From an uncultured virus (IMG/VR IMGVR_UViG_3300037067_009054) (taxonomy: Duplodnaviria; Heunggongvirae; Uroviricota; Caudoviricetes), in the IMG/VR virus record IMGVR_UViG_3300037067_009054: 20,000 nt of DNA. One strand, given 5' to 3'. The stretch's first letter is position 1. The number at the start of each line of letters is the position of its first letter. The notes under the pieces were generated by a model that saw nothing but the letters and a program-made list of their open reading frames with translations, was not told the origin of the DNA and made no database searches. A program made the position numbers and the translations under genes. Of the stretch, positions 15,385-20,000 are shown piece by piece.

Positions 15385-15669
15385 TTATTCCTCGTTTATT
15401 TCTACTGTTTGGTCAACATCGGTTCTAGCGCCCCAGAATTTTGTTCCGGCGTCGCACAGTCCTATTTCGTTCATCTCTAATAATTTCTTCATGCTTTTTG
15501 AAGTTGTTTTCATACTGCTTTCTGAAAGGTATATTTTTTTTAGTGCTTTTGTTTTGTTCATCACCTCAAGTACATCACACATATTCGGTCTGTAAGAAAA
15601 ATGAACTGCTGTCGTTTTGGATGTCACCCTATTCATGTTTTCTCGTTTTCCCAGTATCAATACTTTCAT
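15385..15669 (-). CDS. DUF1699 family protein (Methanosarcinales-associated)
   Basis: VHFSYRP, KTTSKS..KLLEM..I and WGARTD match the recalled DUF1699 pattern VHLAFRPS...KTISKS..MFLEM..I...WGHRKD. Confidence 0.75.
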   Translation of the reverse strand: MKVLILGKRENMNRVTSKTTAVHFSYRPNMCDVLEVMNKTKALKKIYLSESSMKTTSKSMKKLLEMNEIGLCDAGTKFWGARTDVDQTVEINEE

Positions 15670-15692
15670 GAATTTTACCTGTGTTGTTCAAA

Positions 15693-16484
15693 CTATTTCA
15701 ATCTGTCGGTTCTATTTTCTTCGTTTGTTGCAATTTCCAATGTATGATATCCATATGTTTCATTCCCTCTCATTTCATCCCATTTGTTTCTCATTAATTT
15801 TGATTTTCTCATTATTCTGTCTATTTGGCTTATTACACCTCCATTTATGTTATTTATTATCCTACAAAATGCCAAATCTGCTTCACTCTGCGATTGGTAT
15901 CCAGCCTCTTTCCAGAATCCGTGATACAATTTCTTGAATTTTTCTCCGTAAGGTTTTGATCCTATCTTTACTAGAAGATCGTTATCTTCTAGTGATTTAC
16001 ATAACCAATTTATTGCTTCTTGGTTTTTTACTATTTCCTTCCTTTCGCCTATTGGCCTCAATGTTACTGTGAAGAATCTCCCGGCATCGTAAATTGCTAT
16101 TTCTCCCGTTTCGTGGCTTCCTACTTTTCGTCCGTGTTTTTCACCTGGCAAATATCCTTCACATAAAATATGAAGTCCGTTCCCGCTTGGTGATGGTTCG
16201 GTGTAGCTATTCAATTTATCTATTATCTGCTGTGCTCCGTACCATTTTCCTATTTCATCCAAGTCTATTCCACAGAATGGATCATCTTCTGTAAAAATAA
16301 ACCCTATTCCCGATAAGCAGTCACTGTTCATCCATGCATTAAACGCTTTGTCGAATGTCATGTGGCACTTGGTGTTTGATGTCGAAAGTAATTTTCCTTT
16401 TGTATCGGTTGGTATCTTTGTTTTCTTTTCACCTCTTATTACATTTCGCCAGCAACACCATTGGTTCCAGTCCTGTAGCTTCAT
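15693..16484 (-). CDS. NrS-1-type primase-polymerase (AEP domain plus helical bundle), no fused helicase
   Basis: QWCCW..KKTKIP, GIGFIF..DPFCGIDLD, SYTEPSPSGNGLHI, IYDAGRFFTVT, SQSEADLAFC, SKLMRNKWD. Confidence 0.88.
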   Translation of the reverse strand: MKLQDWNQWCCWRNVIRGEKKTKIPTDTKGKLLSTSNTKCHMTFDKAFNAWMNSDCLSGIGFIFTEDDPFCGIDLDEIGKWYGAQQIIDKLNSYTEPSPSGNGLHILCEGYLPGEKHGRKVGSHETGEIAIYDAGRFFTVTLRPIGERKEIVKNQEAINWLCKSLEDNDLLVKIGSKPYGEKFKKLYHGFWKEAGYQSQSEADLAFCRIINNINGGVISQIDRIMRKSKLMRNKWDEMRGNETYGYHTLEIATNEENRTDRLK

Positions 16485-17078
16485 TCATTTTTCCTTCTTT
16501 CTGTATTTATCTACTTGTTCTGCCCTGTTCTTTAGCATGTCTGCCATTACTAATAGTGTTTCTGCTTGTGCGTGTGATGCCAATCTCCATGCTATCATAA
16601 ATGCTGCTTTTTCTCCGTTCGGCCATGAGTCCACTATATCTTCTATGTTTATGTCTTTTCCATATATTACTTTTATCACCGTTGTGTTTATTCTTGCTTC
16701 ATCTTCACCCGACAGTCCAATTGTTGGTATTTTCTGTTTCGTAATCTTCTTTATCTTCAATTTTTTTTTCTCTATTCCTTCCCCTTGTTTTAATAGTTCT
16801 ATTAGAGTTACGTCATCTATCTTCGAAAGGTCTTTCGCATTCAGTGCGAACAGTTCTGTTTGCACTATAGGCAGTACTGCTAGTTCATTGAATGTACCTG
16901 TCTTTCCCTTTTCCCTCATTAGTTTTATTGCTCTTCGTAGTGTATCTTTCGCTGAGAAGTGTTCTGTGTTTAATTGTAATTCCTTGTATTCTATATCATT
17001 TTCTGTCATCAAGTGTTGCAAGTCGAAGTTTGGTTCTTTTTCTTTTTTTACGTAAATTGTAATCATTGTTACCATCAC
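16485..17078 (-). CDS. Hypothetical protein
   Basis: 197 aa ORF abutting the prim-pol start (TGA-ATG); its C-terminus is paralogous to the small ORF at 18023-18154. Confidence 0.75.
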   Translation of the reverse strand: MMVTMITIYVKKEKEPNFDLQHLMTENDIEYKELQLNTEHFSAKDTLRRAIKLMREKGKTGTFNELAVLPIVQTELFALNAKDLSKIDDVTLIELLKQGEGIEKKKLKIKKITKQKIPTIGLSGEDEARINTTVIKVIYGKDINIEDIVDSWPNGEKAAFMIAWRLASHAQAETLLVMADMLKNRAEQVDKYRKKEK

Positions 17079-17091
17079 GCTTCTTTTTTAT

Positions 17092-17493
17092 TCACTCCAT
17101 AAAACCCATTGATTGTAATTCCGCATTGTTATCATAGTTATCTCTTGTTTCTACTTCAATAGTAAGCCACCAAATATAGTCGTTCACGTCTTTTTCCCAT
17201 CTTTTCTTGGTAATATGATATATTTTATGTAATCTTGAGTCGTTTCCGTGTCCTCTACACCATTTTGAAGGGTGTAATGGGCAATTTTTGCAATACATGA
17301 AATGCCTGTTATTAATTTTGTCTACTTCTTCGCATATTTTGCATGTTTGCCAAGGCATTTTGTTGTATTTTACTTTGTATCCTTCCCATCCTTCTACTAG
17401 TAGTCGTGTGAATTTTTTAATTGATTCGTTTATTGCATCGCTTGATATATCATCAAGCGGGATTTGAACTAAATCATCGTTGTTGTCGTTCAT
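17092..17493 (-). CDS. Hypothetical Cys-rich protein
   Basis: CKIC...CKNCPL...C; ATGA overlap with the upstream gene. Confidence 0.75.
   Translation of the reverse strand: MNDNNDDLVQIPLDDISSDAINESIKKFTRLLVEGWEGYKVKYNKMPWQTCKICEEVDKINNRHFMYCKNCPLHPSKWCRGHGNDSRLHKIYHITKKRWEKDVNDYIWWLTIEVETRDNYDNNAELQSMGFME
17439..17459. repeat. Intragenic inverted repeat near the 5' end of 17092..17493
   Basis: cgcttgat-atatc-atcaagcg; 8-bp perfect stem. Confidence 0.6.
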
Positions 17494-17723
17494 TTCCCTT
17501 CTTCTCCTATTTCATATCTATATATTTTTCCAAATGGTAATCGTATTCCTATGTAAATATTGTTTCTATTTCCTTTTTCTGTGAATAATGCTCCAATTGC
17601 TTCATTAAATAAATCAAATGTGTCCATTTTTAATGTTTTTTCTAATGCGTCTTCTAAATCTTTTGCTTCTATTTCTGCTAATTGTTCTTCTGTTTCTAAA
17701 TCTTCTAGTAAATATGTTTGCAT
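17490..17723 (-). CDS. Small acidic hypothetical protein
   Basis: 77 aa; SD AAGGAG just after the hairpin at 17735-17762. Confidence 0.75.
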   Translation of the reverse strand: MQTYLLEDLETEEQLAEIEAKDLEDALEKTLKMDTFDLFNEAIGALFTEKGNRNNIYIGIRLPFGKIYRYEIGEEGK

Positions 17724-17734
17724 AAGTTTCTCCT

Positions 17735-17762
17735 TAATTGGCCCGCTGTGGCGGGCCGATTA
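17735..17762. promoter_or_regulatory. Intergenic hairpin directly upstream of an SD
   Basis: taattggcccgc-tgtg-gcgggccgatta; 12 bp with one T-G; followed on the - strand by AGGAG and ATG 17723. Confidence 0.75.
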
Positions 17763-17769
17763 TGTTTTT

Positions 17770-17982
17770 TTATTCCTCGTTATTACATAGTGGACAACAA
17801 TTACAAATTTTATTATGTTCTATGTGTTTTTTGTAGTCAAATTTGTTGTCGAATATATTGTCTTTGAAATAATGTTGTAATCCATATGCTACTCCCTCTA
17901 ATGTTTCAGTTTTGAATGTTCTTCCTGTTCCTATTGATATTTTATATCTTCCATCTGCTAATCTAGTTACTGCGAATGTCAT
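17770..17982 (-). CDS. Small hypothetical protein with C-terminal His/Cys cluster
   Basis: 70 aa; SD AAGGAGG; H..H...CNCCPLC. Confidence 0.75.
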   Translation of the reverse strand: MTFAVTRLADGRYKISIGTGRTFKTETLEGVAYGLQHYFKDNIFDNKFDYKKHIEHNKICNCCPLCNNEE

Positions 17983-17995
17983 TTTTCCTCCTTAT

Positions 17996-18023
17996 AGCTA
18001 GTCGGCCTGCGGGTCGACTAGCT
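17996..18023. promoter_or_regulatory. Intergenic hairpin directly upstream of an SD
   Basis: agctagtcggcc-tgcg-ggtcgactagct; 12 bp with one G-T; followed on the - strand by ataAGGAGG and ATG 17982. Confidence 0.75.
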
Positions 18024-18154
18024 CAAATTGATCCAATCCATTCGTTATTCTTTTCTGCGTAAGGATCTGATGTTTTTGCTTTATTTTCTAGCATATCTGC
18101 GAATATTCGTAGTTCGTTCCTTTTTTGGTGCTGGCAAAGTCTCCAAGCTATCAC
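18023..18154 (-). CDS. 43-aa ORF (or gene remnant) paralogous to the C-terminus of 16485..17078
   Basis: Hand translation from GTG: VIAWRLCQHQKRNELRIFADMLENKAKTSDPYAEKNNEWIGSI*, compared with MIAWRLASHAQAETLLVMADMLKNRA. Not in the supplied ORF track. Confidence 0.6.
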   Translation of the reverse strand: MIAWRLCQHQKRNELRIFADMLENKAKTSDPYAEKNNEWIGSI

Positions 18155-18177
18155 CCTATATCACTTTTTATTTCCTT

Positions 18178-18201
18178 GGTAGTCGCTTTCAAGCGACTAC
18201 C
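18178..18201. promoter_or_regulatory. Hairpin with the DUF932 stop codon in its loop
   Basis: ggtagtcgct-ttca-agcgactacc; 10-bp perfect stem; followed on the - strand by AAGGA. Confidence 0.75.
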
Positions 18202-19373
18202 TTTGCTAGGATTTTATTGTTGTCTGCTGTCATCGATCCTGCGAATTTTGCCAGGTCGTGTTCTCTATCTACACCGAATTTTTGTGCTACTCTTGTCAGC
18301 CCTTCTACCAATGCATAACCTGTTCCCCTGTCTTCTTGGTCGATTGTTTCATCTCCCATTAGCATTCCTGCAAGAGCTGCTATCTCTGATTTTGACATTT
18401 TGGCTTCACTGGTTAGGTTTTTCAATGTTGTATCGATGTTGGTTATTTTTATTTCTTTTGATTCTCTCAGTTCCTCGGCCCATACATCGAATAGCTGTCC
18501 ATTTTTCATTACATTTGCCAGTCCTGCTCCTATTGCCTCGATCCATACCTTGCTCATCTTTGCGACAATTTTTTGTCCATATATTTGTTCCGATAGCCTT
18601 TCTCCTCGGTGTACTTTGTGCATTACTGTGTCTTTTATGTGTAGATTTGAGCAGGCCCAGTTGTAGAATCCCACGTTGCCGTTTGCGGCCCCGCCTCCAA
18701 CGTCCGAATTGCTGAAGCTCATCATGCCGGAGAACATTTTTCCCTTCCCAATGTCATATGTTCTTTCAGGGTCCAGAATTTCTACGTACATGAATCCTTC
18801 GCTCAGTGAGCCTTTATCTATCGTCAGTGGTTTTTCTCCTTCTATTTTCCTGATAGCGTTTATGCTACCCACTTGCGTTGCGATCTCTGCCAGTGCATCG
18901 TAGTTATCTAAGATTAGGTATTCGTTTCCTAGGAATGCCCTCATGGTATCATCCATTGTCCTGATCAATTGTACAGATTCTTTTCCTCTCAGCCATGCGT
19001 TCATATTGTATTCAGCTAGTCCCTCCGGCCCCTTTTCTTTGCAGTCGTCGAAGTAATTTTTGTTCCCCATTGATCCCCTAATCAACTGTCCTTTTGCCCA
19101 GTTATTAGGTTTCGTTGCCATTGTTGCACCGTTTTCATCTGGGAACTCTACTACCATTTCTCCATTTACGTCTTTTACTGTAATTTTCTTTGCCTGTACT
19201 CCCAGGTTTTTCGTTTCCATTTTCTTTTGAGCCAGTATTCCAAGCATCTCCCTGGTGTTGTTTTTTCCAAACACCAAATCTCCCATGTTCACGTTTTTCT
19301 CATCCAGTACCATCGCTTTCGGCGATGGTACTATTTCGTTTCTAAGGTCCAATGTTTCGATTTCTTCTACCAT
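18189..19373 (-). CDS. DUF932-like phage/plasmid protein
   Basis: RAFLGNEYLILDNYDAL, SNSDVGGGA...G.Y...CSNL and H.G motifs; ATG at 19373 lies 8 nt after GGAG. Confidence 0.75.
   Translation of the reverse strand: MVEEIETLDLRNEIVPSPKAMVLDEKNVNMGDLVFGKNNTREMLGILAQKKMETKNLGVQAKKITVKDVNGEMVVEFPDENGATMATKPNNWAKGQLIRGSMGNKNYFDDCKEKGPEGLAEYNMNAWLRGKESVQLIRTMDDTMRAFLGNEYLILDNYDALAEIATQVGSINAIRKIEGEKPLTIDKGSLSEGFMYVEILDPERTYDIGKGKMFSGMMSFSNSDVGGGAANGNVGFYNWACSNLHIKDTVMHKVHRGERLSEQIYGQKIVAKMSKVWIEAIGAGLANVMKNGQLFDVWAEELRESKEIKITNIDTTLKNLTSEAKMSKSEIAALAGMLMGDETIDQEDRGTGYALVEGLTRVAQKFGVDREHDLAKFAGSMTADNNKILAKVVA
19306..19332. repeat. Intragenic perfect inverted repeat near the 5' end of the DUF932 gene
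   Basis: agtaccatcgc-tttcg-gcgatggtact; 11-bp perfect stem. Confidence 0.9.
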
Positions 19374-19410
19374 ATCCAATTCTCCAATTTAGTCGCGCTC
19401 GCGATCTTTT

Positions 19411-19842
19411 TTATAACCATCTCTGCCGTAATGCGTATCCACCTGAGTTGTGTTTATGCTTATTGTAATTTCTATCTCCATTTACATGATCGTTTGATGG
19501 ACATTTCTTTTCTCCTATGCATGTGAATCCATTTCTGTATAGCGTACTTGATAAATTATAAACTAATGCAAATCCCATGTCCATTCCGCATCCTCCAATT
19601 GTTATTCCGTCGTGTGTTTTATGCAATTTATCTCCCATCGCAATTGCCGCTTTGTATGAAATGTCTAATGGTTCGTTATTTCGCATTACTATAAGTGAAA
19701 TTGCTCTTGTCATTCTATTGCTTGAGCAATAATTTAATTTTGTGAAAATAGTATCTCCAGGTTTTAGTAATTTTTTTAGTGATTTTATTGCTTCTTCTTT
19801 TTCTTGTATTTCTTTTTGTAATTGTGCTTTAGATTTAGTCAT
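19411..19842 (-). CDS. Virus hypothetical protein with GGCGMDMGF motif
   Basis: 143 aa; SD AGGAGG; LKPGDTI..MTRAI..GGCGMDMGF.LVYNL looks like a recurrent phage hypothetical family. Confidence 0.75.
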   Translation of the reverse strand: MTKSKAQLQKEIQEKEEAIKSLKKLLKPGDTIFTKLNYCSSNRMTRAISLIVMRNNEPLDISYKAAIAMGDKLHKTHDGITIGGCGMDMGFALVYNLSSTLYRNGFTCIGEKKCPSNDHVNGDRNYNKHKHNSGGYALRQRWL

Positions 19843-19854
19843 GTTTTCCTCCTA

Positions 19855-19882
19855 AAGCCTCGCTCCATCAGGTGCGAGGCTT
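19855..19882. promoter_or_regulatory. Hairpin with the upstream gene's stop in its loop, directly before an SD
   Basis: aagcctcgc[t]cc-atca-gg[t]gcgaggctt; followed on the - strand by tAGGAGG and ATG 19842. Confidence 0.75.
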
Positions 19883-20000
19883 ATAAAGTCCTGCCATTAA
19901 ATCTCCTTTGATTATGTCCCATCCTGTCGATCCTATTCTATTTTCTGGTCTGTCCATGAAAAATCCAAATAATCCTGATACTAAATTGATGTCCTTTCTT
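19868..20000 (-). CDS. 3' end of a hypothetical gene running off the window
   Basis: Open frame ...RKDINLVSGLFGFFMDRPENRIGSTGWDIIKGDLMAGLYKPRT* with typical A-ending codons; TGA at 19870-19868. Confidence 0.7.
   Translation of the reverse strand, partial: RKDINLVSGLFGFFMDRPENRIGSTGWDIIKGDLMAGLYKPRT

Larger units (their letters stand above)
1..20000. mobile_element. Segment of a tailed archaeal virus genome (probable Methanosarcinales host)
   Basis: Dense gene packing; tail-fibre-like and holin-like genes converge on a replication arm (PolB, prim-pol, SF2 helicase, annealase, DUF932, ThyA); many short hypotheticals; no cellular housekeeping operons. DUF1699-like gene and euryarchaeal PolB point to Methanosarcinales. 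Confidence 0.85.

Noticed and set aside
5719..16850. Weaker inverted repeats (e.g. 5719-5734, 7478-7491, 12104-12121, 15225-15247, 16834-16850)
   Set aside because: Short stems (about 5-8 bp) or bulged stems are within chance expectation for 20 kb, so they were not counted in the hairpin set.
4481..19526. Many + strand ORFs antisense to the replication arm (e.g. 7237..7869, 7611..8189, 8668..9348, 12610..13263, 13780..14418, 16348..17055)
   Set aside because: Phe/Leu/Ser-rich shadow frames produced by the T-rich strand; they overlap well-supported - strand genes and show no motifs or SD sites.
1..20000. tRNA, rRNA, integrase/att sites, transposases
   Set aside because: No cloverleaf, rRNA-like or recombinase motifs were seen, so proviral versus lytic status cannot be determined from this window.
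1..20000. Genome-wide stop-codon reassignment
   Set aside because: All recognisable genes are intact under the standard code, and TAA, TGA and TAG are all used as terminators.

Overview
This window appears to come from a tailed archaeal virus (Caudoviricetes-like; free or proviral), most likely infecting Methanosarcinales. Host evidence is a DUF1699-like gene, a euryarchaeal-type PolB with a PIP box, an archaeal-type ThyA, and GGTGAT/AGGAGG ribosome-binding sites. Two gene blocks converge on a hairpin at 4402-4425. The + strand (47-4398) carries a tail-fibre/receptor-binding gene, two small membrane (holin-like) genes and two paralogous signal-peptide beta-helix proteins. The - strand (4435-20000) carries a replication, recombination and nucleotide-metabolism arm: NADAR, SF2 helicase, PolB with a 407-aa intein, MazG-like protein, thymidylate synthase, Rad52/ERF-like annealase, putative OB-fold SSB, DUF1699, NrS-1-type primase-polymerase, DUF932 and hypotheticals. 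The strongest unexplained signal is a set of about 18 short-loop inverted repeats, 8 of them with perfect stems of 10 bp or more. They lie both just upstream of ribosome-binding sites and inside core genes, often override the codon bias, and carry G-T wobbles on the + strand, which is the non-mRNA strand for most of them. The + strand is also T-rich regardless of gene direction. All family assignments are from motif recognition by eye, not database searches.
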